NCBI RefSeq assembly: GCF_963921235.1
Contig: NC_086118.1
Coordinates: 12,278,001-12,342,000, forward strand
Reading direction: 5' to 3'
DNA from: Mobula hypostoma
Taxonomy: Eukaryota
Length of the DNA stretch: 64,000 nucleotides
In this document: positions 1 to 12,631 of the stretch, one piece after another
Layout: each line of letters opens with the position of its first letter
Numbering within the stretch: the first letter of the stretch is position 1
The notes under the pieces: model-generated
What the model was told of the DNA's origin: nothing
Databases searched by the model: none
Seen by the model: only the letters and a program-made list of their open reading frames with translations
Made by a program: the position numbers and the translations under genes

Positions 1-409
1 CCGGCATACTGTGGAGAATTAGTCATGACTGCTTTCAAAACCTGGAATGATGGATTTCTTGACATTAAAGGAAGCAAGGGATGAAGGAAAAGAGCAGAGA
101 AATTGTGTTTGAGACTGAATATCATCCATGATCTTGTTGAATAGCAGAACAAGCTTATGGTCAATCTTTATTTCATATTTTGTTTTTATCTTTGACTGGT
201 GACCAGTTTTTAGCTCGAGCTTCCACTGACTGGCAATCATTCTAAGCTGATCTGCTGCCTGCTCTCAAAGGCTACATTTACCTGTAGCCAGTAGTAGGCA
301 CACTCTGACTGCAAATGGCCATTCCCAGCAGATCAGTGAAACTCAGTGATGCTGAAGATCTTCCTAAGAAGCTAGCAGGCCTCTGCAAAATTACTCTGGG
401 AGCTGGTTA

Positions 410-630
410 GATCGTAAGACCATAAGAAACAAGAGCAGAATTAGGGCATTTGGTCCATCGAGTCTATTCCATCATGACTGATTTATTATCCGTCTCAACC
501 CCATCCTTCTACTTCCTCCCCATAACCCTTACGAATCAAGAAACTATCAACCTCCACATGAAATATATCCAATCACTTGGCCTCTACAGCTGTCTGGGGC
601 AATGAGTTCTACAGATTCACCACCTCTGGT
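410..630 (-). mobile_element. CR1 LINE 3' end fragment
   Basis: Tail 'gaccataaga...gcagaattagggcatttggtccatcgagtct' matches the 3' ends of CR1 copies at 57160 and 62550. Confidence 0.75.
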
Positions 631-1544
631 TAATCTCTACCCCTTGGTTTACTGACTGTTAAAGTTATCAGAAGGTGATAAGCCTATGAGCCTCAATTGT
701 GACTGAACAATGAATGAGAGAAATGTGAAAAGACTTCCCTTTCAACAGTATCTTCTACACCAAATAGTATCAAACTGAAGGTACTTTTCCCTTCATTATT
801 GACCTTGTATGGAGGTGTCAGAACTCAAGTATATTTTATATTCAGAGGTCTGTTTCCAATGAGACCAGTACTGAGCCTTAGGTGTGTCAAATAATTAACT
901 TTAGCTCTTGCTCCTGCACAAATATCTGCAAACATATGTATTATGTTGATACATTACCACAAAAAAAAAGCTAGTTAGAAAATAAAGGGATACGATCTGG
1001 CTTCCTCTGACCACTTTTAAGAGAAATAGAATTTGCTGTAAATGTGATGGGACTTTATCATCAGCTGATAAAGATTTATTAATGTGAAGGGTTTTCCTTT
1101 CTATGGAAATCAATTTGCTATGTGAAATTTTGAAGGGCAATTTTATGCAGTATTTAAAATAGATAATTCTCACTCGTCCAGAAAATTCCAGAACTCTAAT
1201 TTTAGGCAATGATAGTGACATTTCCAAAATCAATTCATGCTTTCACAGCTCAATCTCTTTCCTTCTGAGAGTGAGGTTTGGCTCTGTGTTGACTCTAGCA
1301 TGTATAGAGTCCCCACAGTATAAAGGCAAATGGATTATTCATACCTGAAGTTTAATCTCAATTGTATGCTGATACGACAGGTCTCACCAGGGTAGCAGGT
1401 AAAGATGTTGAAAGGAGTTGTTGTGTTCTTGAGATGGGTAAAGAAGATAGATTTAGTTGTAGCATTGTCATTGGATAGATAGATTCTGAAGAAAATATTT
1501 CCAGGATTTTGAATGAAATTGACAAAAAAAACCAGATGGTTATG

Positions 1545-1960
1545 AAAAACAAGAGAAAGTCTGCAGATGCTGGAAATCCAAGCAATACACACAAAATGCT
1601 GGAGTAACTCAGCAGGTCAGGCACATCTATGGAAAAGAGTACATTTGAAGTTTCAGGCCAAGATCCTTCAGCATGACTGGGGAAAAAGATGAGGAATAAA
1701 TTTTAAAGGTGGGGGGAGGGGAGGGAAAAACACAAGGTGATAGTTGAAACTGGGAGTGGGGGTGAAGTAAAGAGATGGGAAGTTGATTAGTGGAAGAGAC
1801 AGGGCTGGAGAAGGGGGAATCTAATAGGAGTGGACAGAAGGCCATGGCAGAATGAAAAGGGGTGAGGAGTACCAGAGGGAGACGATGGGCAGGTAAGGAG
1901 TTGAGATGAGAGAGAGAAAAGGAGATGGGGAATGGTGAAGGGGGGAGGGCATTACCAGAA
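1545..1960 (-). mobile_element. Penelope-like element 3' region/pseudo-LTR with degenerate hammerhead motif
   Basis: Same repeat as the 3' end of the RT/GIY-YIG-coding copy at 37650-39010. Confidence 0.8.
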
Positions 1961-2707
1961 AAATGCTTTTCTTTTCAATTTCTTTAACAATTTAATTTTG
2001 TGGGTAATTATTTGAAATGGGATGGTATGGTGTTGGGTTTGTTGACCATGAAGATCTAAACTCAAAAGAAGATCTTTAGCCCTCTCCAATATAGACAGTT
2101 ATGGGTGCCCACACTAAAAGGAGGTTATATTGTAACTGTCCACTCTTCAAAGACTAGTTCACTTCTCTGTTTATCCTCCATAGCACGTTTTGCTGCCAAT
2201 ATCTACTATTTGAGTGGTGGGTCCCCTCTCCCTATCAAGCAGAAGATACTTTAAGCTAACTGGGCAGTTTAAACACAGTTCATTTACTTTTAGTGATACA
2301 TGCTTAAATCCAGACCTTAAAGCACAATTAAAACTCACAGAAGATTCTTACCTTATAAAATACTTCCTAATTACAAACTAGTGCTAAAACACAAAGGATT
2401 TCAAAAACACAGGTACAATTCCTATAAAGTAAAGAGACATACTAATGGGCTGTAGACAAACAAACTATCTATCACAGAAATCAAAGGCAGAGGAATGGAT
2501 TCTAGTTCACTCCATGTTCCAGTCATTCTTGTTAATGTTCCTGGACCATTCCTAATAAGTTTGGATTTCTCTCTACATTTAAACTGTTTCTTTGCCACTT
2601 GGGTGTCTTCACACTCATCACATGGATATGATATTTTTCCAGATACCTTTTCACACAGGTGTTCTAAAAGCTACTGGAGACAGAGTTCCCTACTACCCAC
2701 AATTAAT

Positions 2708-2840
2708 AAACATGAGAAATTCTACAGATGCTGAAATCCAAAGGAACACAGACAAATTGCTGGAGGAACTTAGCAATTCAGACAGCAACCATAGAAATGA
2801 AGAAACAGTCGATGTTTCAGGCTGAGACCCTTCATCAGGA
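2708..2840 (-). mobile_element. Short Penelope pLTR insertion with 12-bp TSD
   Basis: TSD CCCACAATTAAT at 2696-2707 and 2841-2852; the insert ends at the hammerhead motif. Confidence 0.85.
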
Positions 2841-2841
2841 C
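2806..2841 (-). ncRNA. Minimal type I hammerhead ribozyme motif (Penelope-associated)
   Basis: Minus strand reads GTC-CTGATGA-AGGGTCTCAGCCT-GAAAC-ATC-GACTG, with both core boxes intact. Confidence 0.7.
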
Positions 2842-4899
2842 CCACAATTAATGCTGTTAACACTGACTCCTAGAGTCCACAAACCTTCCAACCATTAATA
2901 GATCAGCTATTTGGTATAATTGATAATATCAATCTGGTCTGCAAGCTTCCTTGAAATAAATAACTGAGCTGACATTATCTGATTTGAAATAAGCCAATTA
3001 AATTGTCTTACACTGCATCTCTTGAACAGTTGGTCTATTGTACCTGATGGCCTGGTGATTGTGGGATTTTGAGGGAAGGTTGAGTCCAGGAATGCACTTG
3101 ACCACAGTTAACAGCCCTGTCCAGACAATTCACTCCTGATCAATGTTCATAACTTCTACTTGACAATGAATGCATATGGATGACTCAGTGGTGCTGAGTT
3201 GTGTTAAGAACAGAAGACACAGACAAGGATAGTTCCCAGTGAAGCTTCTCATTCTCTATGAGCATAGCATCTAACTGTGTTCCAGAAGCCACTAGACCAA
3301 TAGTATACTATGGAAAAAAAGCAGGTGGGCAGTCTATCATGATTGAAAGATTTTTGGATGCAAGGAGGCACTTAATGAATAGAAAGCCTATTATAGAATC
3401 ACCTTGATCTCCCACTGTACATTTGAATGAATGTTTTTACAGATGTGTGTTCTATTCTACCTGATGTTCCTTTACTGGCTTCTCTCAGCCAATAAATGCA
3501 TTCAAAAGGAAAACCTGTCTATTGGTATCCTCCTCAACATCTGTCCTATGTTTACATTTTCTTTTATCTAGTTGGGCTTGACTTATTGAGTTGGTAGTGT
3601 GGAAAGACTCATCCATGCATGCCATGAGGTATTGACACTCCAGGAACAAGAGATGTAATGGGGGCTGTGACTCAAGAAGGAGTAAGGGTCTTTAAGGTTG
3701 GTCGGAGATCAACTGGCTAAACTCCTGGTAGGCATTAGCACTACTATATGAAAAAAGTCAAAGGGGTAGCAGCGACTTTAAACCATGACACTTATGCAAC
3801 TATTTGGCCATGTGCCATTTTCATCCTCTCTGTGTGGTTTAACCTCAAATTATCTAAATGAATATTATGTTTGTAACTGAGTGTGCTCAAGGTGATTCTA
3901 TTTTCTAGCCTCCCTAGATAGAAATTATGGACATTTTCATGCAGGAAGCAAAATTAAATTGAATTAAACCACAAAACCCCAGAGCACACAGTCAAAATAT
4001 CAACACGATAAGGTGGCTTTTTTATTGATCCTTACCAATACACAGTGTAAACAGATAGCTCCGTCTCACTTTCACTTCCCATCATTCCAGATGCATTCTC
4101 TGCCCATTTTTATACTTCAGATTGACAGATGAAAAGCCCTGCAGAGATGGCAAGTCAAGGATTGTAACCACTGCATTTGGAGTTTTTTGGGGAGTTGTGA
4201 CAGTCAGCAGAAACTGTTAGCGATGGGGTGTGGTGTAGAACAAGGAGAAATTGTTTCCATTGACAGCAGAGTCAATAGCTAGAGTTAAGATGATTTAGCA
4301 ACAGCATCATGAGGAGAATAAGTTTCCTTAACATGAGAGCTGTACTGATCTGGAATACACTGAGTGACACTGTGATGGAAGCAGATTTAAGGGCTGGACA
4401 GCCTCATCCCATGGAGTAAGATTTTACAATGTGATCATTTATTTTCATTGCGCATTCAAGTATATGAAAGGTTTCTGTCCTTCGTCAATCAACTTTTTTT
4501 AATGATCTTAAAGGAGAAACTTTTTCCCTTTCTGTAAAGAAGGCAAGCAATAAATTCTTAATGTCACCTTCTTCTGATGACACTGTATGGCAGGCTGTCA
4601 GTGAGAACTATAAATAATGTGATTCTAATCAAGCAAATCGTTTGTCAGATACATTTGCATGAACGTGATGTATTTGCCTTGTCAGTAGTACAGAAACCAA
4701 AATAGCAAATATTTGTCAAAGGTAAAAAAGTCTTTGCTGATCTTTCTAGGAATATAACTTACTCCACCCCAACTCCAAGTGAAATTCCTGCCACACTAAT
4801 CTGAAAAGTATTCAATACTCACACCAGATTGTTAGTAGGTTGGTAAATTGGTAAACTGTTGCGATGCTAAGCCTTATATCATGATCCTAGCCCCTCTGG

Positions 4900-5265
4900 C
4901 AACTCAAAAGTCACTTCCCAGTCTCATTGAAAATCACTGTTGTGCTATGGGAAACATGGCGGCCAGTTTTCACATAACAACATTTTCACAGGAAGCAGTG
5001 TAGAAATGATCAAATATTCTCTGTTAGTGACATTAGTTGAGAGATAAATGTTGTGCAGGGCACCAAGAGAATACTGTTCTTCAAATCATGCCAAAGGATT
5101 TTTTTTGTAATTGGAGGGTAGATTGGGTCATATTTTAGCAAACCATCTGACAGGTTTCAATTCCATATTGCACTGGAGTTTGAACCAAGACCATGTGTTC
5201 AAGTCTCTGAAGTAAGATTGGAACTTAACGCTTTTAAATGCATATGTAAAACTGCTACTAACTGT
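4900..5265 (-). mobile_element. Old Deu-domain-type SINE fragment
   Basis: Resembles the reverse complement of DeuSINE (AmnSINE1/SacSINE1-like) body from recall; related copies near 16470-16590 and 33530-33760. Confidence 0.5.
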
Positions 5266-5744
5266 AGCAGAGCAGAAGCTCTGTCGGTCCTACCTTCAGC
5301 TCCTAACTGGGAGCAAGAACTTAATTATTTTCCATTCTATCAGATGAATGCAATCCACAGTTTTAAAAAAAAGCAAATACCACACCAGTAGGTGTTTAAA
5401 TTCAACAGATTAAGGACAAATTTTATAACTACAAAGGAGTATTCACACCTTTATCCTCAGCAATTTGTTTCAAAGGTGTGTGATTCCAGTCTAATGTGAA
5501 TTATTTCAGTCTTCTACTGTGACAGGCCATTTCTACTTCAATTTTACGTGATATATGAATCCAAGCCTAGAAATTAGATAGTGCATTTTTAACGACGTAA
5601 TCTAAAATCGATTTTGACGAAACTAGATTACATTACTGATCATTTCTGGGTGAAACTGTAGAAAGTGTAAACTGAAAATCTGATCTATATTCAATTGCTT
5701 GCTCCTTTACTGACATCAGGTGGACACCGTATAATGTCAGTAGT

Positions 5745-6050
5745 CATGAACAGTATGTTGCTACCTGTTTCAGCTGCTCCCGTCTGGCAAGCGATACCAC
5801 AGCATTAACGCCAGGACCAATAGGCTCCTGGACAGCTTCTTTCACCAGGTCACCAGATTGATAAATACACATTGATCTGATTGCATACCTGACAGTACAT
5901 TCAAAACAACTATGTATACAATCAGTGTTTGGGCAATATCCGCCCACATTTCCCTTTCTTATTGCTTGTACGTAGCGATGGAGACGCAACATAAAGATTT
6001 TTACTCCCTCATGTTGTGAGATGGACGCAAGAAATAGAAAAAGACTCTAA
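5745..6050 (+). mobile_element. Rex1/Babar-like LINE 3' fragment
   Basis: Translates LPSGKRYHSINARTNRLLDSFFHQ, the typical C-terminus of these LINEs. Confidence 0.7.
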
Positions 6051-6229
6051 ATCTTGTACTAACATAAATTGGAGCTCAGAGCTCCACACACTGAGCATTT
6101 AGCGACAGCTTCTTATAAACAAGTCACACATGAAGCTGTGTTCTTTTATTTTCAATTTTTTTTGTGGATATTAAGCTCATCTTAGAGGGCTAAATACTAG
6201 AAGGCCTGCATATAGTCTGAGCAGGCTAA

Positions 6230-7320
6230 GTTCAAAGGAGGTGTGTGGACCAAAATTTTTACACAAGATTTGTGGGTGCCGGAAATGCACTGCCGGGGGT
6301 GGTGGTAGAGGCAAATATGCTAGAGGCATTTAAGAGGCTTTTAGACTGGCACAGAGAGTGGAGGGACATGGACATTGCATAGACAGATGGGATTAGTTAG
6401 GCTTTGAATTTTCAGTTTTATTAGTTTAGCACAATATTTTGGACTGAAGAGCCTGGTCCTGTTCTGTATTCTATGCTCTCTATTGGGAGACCTGCTGATG
6501 CAGCTTCAGAACAAACACCAGGCCAGTCAGATATCACCCAAGGGTCCCTACAGTCCGCTGCAAACAGTTTTCTTCCAACACATTGTTGCTGAGTTAGACT
6601 TGCAATGAATACCACTGTGGCAATATTGCTGACACTATTTCATAACTGAAAGCTTCAGTAAAGGCATGGCAAGCCATGCAGGGTTGTTTGTGGATCTTAG
6701 GACATTGGCAAAATGTATTCTCAAAGAGTCACTACGGCCTTCCTGGGCCTGTCTGAAGAAAGACGCATTTGGTCATTTTCTAAAGCTTTATTTTTTTGGT
6801 TTTCAAAGAATGAGGAGCAATTTTATTAGATCCTAAGGAGGGATGGTCAGTGCTGAGGTATTTCCTCTGATGAGGAGACATAGTGACAAGATATGAGGCG
6901 GTCATTTAAAATTGAGGAACTTCATCTCTCAGAGTAAAGTTTTATGAGATAGAATTGCCCAGGCCAAATTTCTGTCCGCTAGACTTAAAAAGTGTAAATT
7001 ATTAGATCATGAGGGCTTTTGGCAGATGGATGTGGAGAGAATGTTTCACTTTGTGGGAGAATGTAGAGCTGGGACTTGCTCTTCAAAGATTAGGCATTGC
7101 CTATTTAAGGCAGAGATAAGACAAAAAAAAAATTCTCTCAGAAGATCCTTAGAACTTTCCTTCAAAGGAGAGTGAAAGCAGAGTCTTAATATTTTAAGTC
7201 AGAGGCAGATACTTGCAGGGTTGAGGACACAGTTTGGTTAGCCATGATTCAATTAAAAGGTGGAACATACAAGGGGCTGAATGGCCTGTTGTTTCTAATT
7301 TGAATGTCTGTATGTTTAAA
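6230..7320 (+). mobile_element. Cluster of degraded CR1 3' fragments
   Basis: Remnants of 'gtggagagaatgtttc', 'ggggctgaatggcct' and 'ctgttctgtattctatg' tails. Confidence 0.6.
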
Positions 7321-7432
7321 TTACTTTAGGAGCTACTTTGGAAGAAGGCAGTTGTGGATTTTATGTAGAAGCTATATTTTTTAAGGAAGAGGAAACTTTA
7401 GTGTTGGAAGCATTTAGCCTGGAGGTGATATG

Positions 7433-8031
7433 TACTCAGTGGCCATTTTATTAGGTACCTCAAAGGTTCAAAGATTCAAAGTTTTATTTTATTGCCAAAG
7501 TATGCATGTACAATACAACTCTGACATTTGTCTTCGTCCTCCTGTACTTAATAAAGTGGACTCTAAGTGTATGTTCATGGTCTTTTGCTGCTGTAGCCCA
7601 TCCACTTCAACATTCAACAGATTGTGCAATCAGACTAGCTTTCTACGCACCACTGTTGTAAATTGCCATTATTTGAGTTACTGTCACCTTCCTGTCAGCT
7701 AGAAACAGTCTAGCCATTCTTCTCTGACATCTCTCATTAACAAGGCATATTTGCTCACAGGACTGCCACTCCTTGTATGTTTTTTTGTTAATCGTACTAT
7801 TTTAGTCTAGAGACTGTTGTGCACGAAAATCCCGGAGATCAGCGGTTTTTGAGATACTCAAACCACCCTGTCTGGCACCAGCAATCATTTCACTGATGTA
7901 TATTCTGAACAACAACTGAAACTTGACCATGTTTGCATTTCTTTATGAATTGATTTGCTGCCACATGATTGCCTGATTAGATATTTGCTTTAATAAACAG
8001 GTGTACAGGTGTACCTAATAAAGTGGTCACT
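7433..8031. mobile_element. Tc1/mariner-type non-autonomous DNA transposon (MITE)
   Basis: Inverted termini: CAGTGGCCATTTTATTAGGTAC (left) and GTACCTAATAAAGTGGTCACT (right); small LINE-tail insertion near 7460-7540. Confidence 0.7.
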
Positions 8032-8034
8032 ATC

Positions 8035-8930
8035 CTCCTTCTTTCGATAAGATCAAGGTTTCCCTTATCCTCAGCATTCATCCATCAGCTTTCACATTTG
8101 ATAAAATATCATCCACAATTGCCTCAGTTTCCACTAAACTTCACAACCAGTCACAACTTTCCGTCTTTGGGTTTCAGAACTTTCTGTCTTCTTCCAACAT
8201 TCCAAATGGACAGTCCTCCATGATTCCCTAGTCAGCCCTTCCATTTCCAACAACCTCAGTACTTACTCATGCAACTGCACAGGATGTAACACCTGACCAT
8301 TCACCTCTTCCCAACCATCCAGAACTGAGTCAGTGGTTCATTTGTTTTTCTTTCAGTATATTAGATTAGTGGTCACATTATGGTCTCCTCCACACTGAAG
8401 AAACAAAAGTATAGGTTGGGTGACTATTTTGTAGAACACCTCCATTCAGTACCCATTGGTGACCCAGAGCTACTAGCTGCTTGTCACTTCAATTGTCCCA
8501 CTCTGATCTATCTACTCCTTTATTCCTACTTTGCTCCATTGAGGCCCAATGTAAGTTCAAGGAAGATCAACTCATCTTCCATATAGCTTGGTTATAGAGC
8601 TTGATACTCTGATCTGAACTTAAAGATTTCAGTTAACTACTATTATTCTTTCTTTCTTTACATATTGTGGCTGCATTTCTCTGTTTCAACTTGTTTCTTT
8701 TTTATTGCAAATTTTGGCCCAAGTCTGCACTCAATCACAGACATTTCCTCTGTTCTCTCCATCCTACTCCCCCCTTGCAATTTAAAACACCTTTTATTAG
8801 TTCAGATGAGAAGGAGTCTTTGACCTTAGTCATCAGCTCTGATTCTCTCCCCTTGAAATCTGTCTGTCTGAGTGTTTCCCAGCATCTTCTGCTCTGGTTC
8901 CATTTTTTCTGCATCTGCAGTTTTTCTTGC
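8035..8930 (+). mobile_element. Old degraded Penelope fragment (GIY-YIG remnant + pLTR)
   Basis: ORF 8380-8586 contains RLGDYFVEHLHSV...ACHFN, as in the GIY-YIG copy at 23209-23865. Confidence 0.7.
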
Positions 8931-9474
8931 TCCAATGTAACACTGAAGGAGTTGTAAAACATGACCAACTGATTGTGGAACTCCATACTGTTGCAGAACT
9001 TGCCTGAGAGTCAGAATTTGTAAGAAATTCCACTTTGCATAAACATTTCTTCATGATGTCCCCTTGCTTGTTAGTTGACAACACAATTATTCTTCTGTGT
9101 TGGAGATAGGGAATTCGGATAATAGAATGATTTGGAGTTCTAAGTTTTTTTCTTATCGTGGACAACCTAAGATGTTTGGCAGAGTTATCTAGATGGAACC
9201 TAATGATCCCAGGAGAGAGAAGCTCTTATGGAGACTTATGGTGCAACTGCGTCTAATACTTCATCTGTTGTAGGTCCTTAAATCCCAGGCAATATATTCC
9301 TGTTTAAGCTCTAATGCCTTTTATTACCTGATTTGGTTGACTATACAGTACAGATCAGAGGGTTCGCTAATAAGTTTGACAGTGGGCCAAAATTGACCTT
9401 TCTTGGTGTATCCATTATTAATATATCCAATGGCCAAGATGGTGCTGGGAGCTGAAGCTCATTCATGAAACTGG

Positions 9475-9795
9475 AGTTCTGCCTGTTATGCTGCTGGCAT
9501 TTAGGGCAACAATGAAAGTCTTCCATCTTGATTGTCCTTGATTGCATACAGATATAGAAGGATTCTTCATTGCTGTTTCCGTGACAAATTTTTTTTGACC
9601 AGTCAGGATTGTTAGCACTGAGCCGAATCCCTGAAACTGGAGGAGCGGTGGACCACTCTTAGTCTGGCTAGTACCATTTGACCTGTTTGGTATGGGTGAC
9701 CATACCAAATGTCAAAGCAGTCAACATCGCGCTCTGAGTCATTGAGGTGCACAAGCCTTCAAACCCTGTGACAAGGTTGTGGTCCTCTTGGAGGG
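9475..9795 (-). mobile_element. RTE-derived non-autonomous retroposon (RTE 5' UTR-like head)
   Basis: Clearly homologous to 20310-20725; head resembles fish RTE 5' UTRs from recall. Confidence 0.55.
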
Positions 9796-10699
9796 AACCA
9801 GGGGATAGTCACCTCATAAAATCACAGAATTATGCAGTGCACTTCAAGGTGCTATATAAATGGAAGTTCTATCTTTTATTTTGTCTGGTGCAAAGAATTG
9901 TATTCTTGATTGTGGATTCCTCAATGTGGGCTCTGAATGAACAGCTGCCTGGTTTTCAGCAATGTATTTTGTCAGCAATTCCACTTCACATTGTGGCGAT
10001 CTTCTCTAAAAACTCTTCCTCTGCACACTCAACTGGTTTCAGACTTCCATTATTTAATTATAATCTATAAATGGTCACCCTTTTAGCAGTACTTTACCTC
10101 TTACAAGAGGCCAAAGGTTATGCTAAAGGATTAGTTAAATCACATCAGCAAAAAGTGCAATTAATGTCCTCCATACACACAGATCTCTCTCATTTCTGCC
10201 AAAGAGCCATCTATTAAATAAATTGCTTTCATGTTTTACCATTTCTACAGAAGAAATTCATCACATTTTTTTTTTACTTTGGGATTTATTATTATTGCCT
10301 TTGCTGAATAAGACTTAATTTTGTTTTGGAATTCCCATGGAAACAGATCAGACAAAAAGACATCAAAGTGCTTGCACCAGAAAGATGAAAGCATTTGCAA
10401 AGTTAAAGGGCAGAGGTTATACAGCCCTTTAAACATGGTCCATTCCAATTAAATTAAACTTTTTTGACAAGATTGCATTAATCTATAAAGCTAATATATC
10501 CATTACCATTCTGTTGTAATTTATGATTTCGAAGGTGCATTCACCTTGATGGCTCAGTTCTGAAAGTTTTACTCTGAGTCAAAATATCGCAAGTTCCTGA
10601 CTGAAGACTGCAGTGCTGCCTTGATAGATGGTTCAATTGTGGATGAGAATCCAAACCAGGTGAGTGTATATCATTCCATGACACCATCCGCAAGGCAGA

Positions 10700-11835
10700 A
10701 ACAGAGTCAGAATCAGGTTTACTCTCACCGGCATATGTAGAGAAATGTGTTAACTGCAGCAGCAGTACAATGCAAGGCATAATAACAGGAAAAATATGAA
10801 TTACAATAAACATATATATCTAAAATAGTTAAATTTTTTAAGTAGTGCAAAAATAAAAATAAAAAGAGGTAGTGAAGTGGCTTTCATGGGTTCAATGTTC
10901 ATTCAGAAATCAGATGGCAGAAAGGAGGAAGATGTCTTGAGTTGTTGAGTGTGTGCCTTCAGGCTTCTGTACCTCCTTCTTAATGGTAGCAATGAGAAGA
11001 GGGCATCCCATGGGTGATGGGGGTCCTTAATGATGGAAACCACCTTTTTGAGGCATCGCTCCTTGAAGATGTCCCGATGCTATGGAGGCTAATGCTCATG
11101 ATGGAGCAATTCTCTGCAGCTTATTTTGATCCTGTGCAATTGCCACCCCCCATCCCCACCAGATGATGATGCAGCCAATTTGAATGCTCTCCATTGTTCA
11201 TCTGTAGAAATTTGCAAGTTTCTTTGATGATATATCAAATCTGCTCAAGCTCCTAATAAAATATAGCTGCTGTTGTGCCTTCTTTGTAGCTGCATCGATA
11301 TGTTGGGCCCAGGATAAGTCCTCAGAGATACTGACACACGGAAACATGAAACTGCTCACTCTTTCCACTTCTGATTCCAGTATGAGGGCTGGTGTGTTTT
11401 CCCTCTTCTTACCCTTTCTGAAGTCCATAATTAGTTCTTTGGTCTTACTGATGTTGAGTGCAAGGGTATTGCTGCGACACTACTCAACTAGATCCTGTAC
11501 ACTCTCTCGTCACCATCTGAAATTCTGCCGACAATACTTGTTTTGTCAGCAAATTTATAGATGCCATTTGAGCTATGCCTTGCCACACAGTTATGGTCGT
11601 AGAGAGAGTAGAGCAGTGGGCTAAGCACACCTCCCTGAGGTGCACCAGTGTTGATTACCAGCAAGATGGAGATGTTATTTCTGATCTACACAGATTGTGG
11701 TCTGCTGGTTAGGAAGTCAAGGACCCACTTCTAGAGGGAGGTACAGAGGCCCAGGCTTTGGAGTTTTTTGATCAGAACTGTAGGAATGATTGTGTTAAAC
11801 GCTGGGCTGTAGCCAATAAACAGCATCCTGACATG
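10700..11835 (-). mobile_element. Rex1/Babar-like LINE, 5'-truncated
   Basis: ORF 11198-11428 (VERVSSF...SEDLSWAQHID...KKAQQQLYFIR) is RT C-terminal region; (TTCTGA)-type tail near 10705. Confidence 0.8.
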
Positions 11836-12631
11836 TTTTGTCCTGGTGATGCAACGCCATGACAAAAAGGTTTCTTAGCAATCAATGTTGCTAATACAGT
11901 GAACAGAAAATGCTGAAGGTACTCAGAAAGTGGGTTTGACACTTGGAACATTATTTGTGTTTCTTTCCACTTTGGTTTTCTCAGTGTTTTCTGTTTATAA
12001 ACTGGATTCCATGCTCACTGATAATCTAGTCATTATTCCAATACTCTGTGTAGGCTTGGCTTTGGGACTCTGTTGCTGACTTCCTCACAACAGTGATGAC
12101 AATTCATAGCTCTTGATTAATTTTAGAGAGCTTTGGGAGGCCCTAAAATTGTGAACGATGCTATAGCCTATGAGAACATAGCATTTAGAAGAAAGCATTG
12201 AACATTTTGCCCTAAACACTTTCTCCACTATTTAACAAGAATGTTCTTTATAACCCTAGGGCCTGTCCATAGGGCCTCTTTTGCTCCTCCATGGTGAATA
12301 CATCCTTTTATAGAGAAGGAGATTAAAACTGAACACATTTTTAGTTTAGTATCATCACAATCCTATTAACTCAATATCTCAGGATCGAGAATTATTTGTT
12401 TCCATTCTTCTTGTTTGGGTTCTGAAGAGGCCAATGAGACCAATGTTGGAAATATAGGCTCTTCCATAGATAAAGTAGGCAGGTGTAAGGTAGACGGACT
12501 TTCTGGAGGACCTCTGTGTGCTCTTCATGCATGGCCTCAAGGTGCAAAACACAAGTCCAAATGCCCTTTCTCTACTTTGAGCACTTAAAGCTAGAGATTC
12601 CCAGGAGTCAGTGGTGATGTTGTATTACACA

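Noticed and set aside
2130..3113. Possible solo LTR (TGTAAC...GTTAACA)
   Set aside because: No matching TSD and no second copy in the window.
4570..4612. CTGATGA-CACTG...CAGTG hairpin resembling a hammerhead
   Set aside because: The second core box is GAGAA rather than GAAA, and there is no convincing stem I or III.
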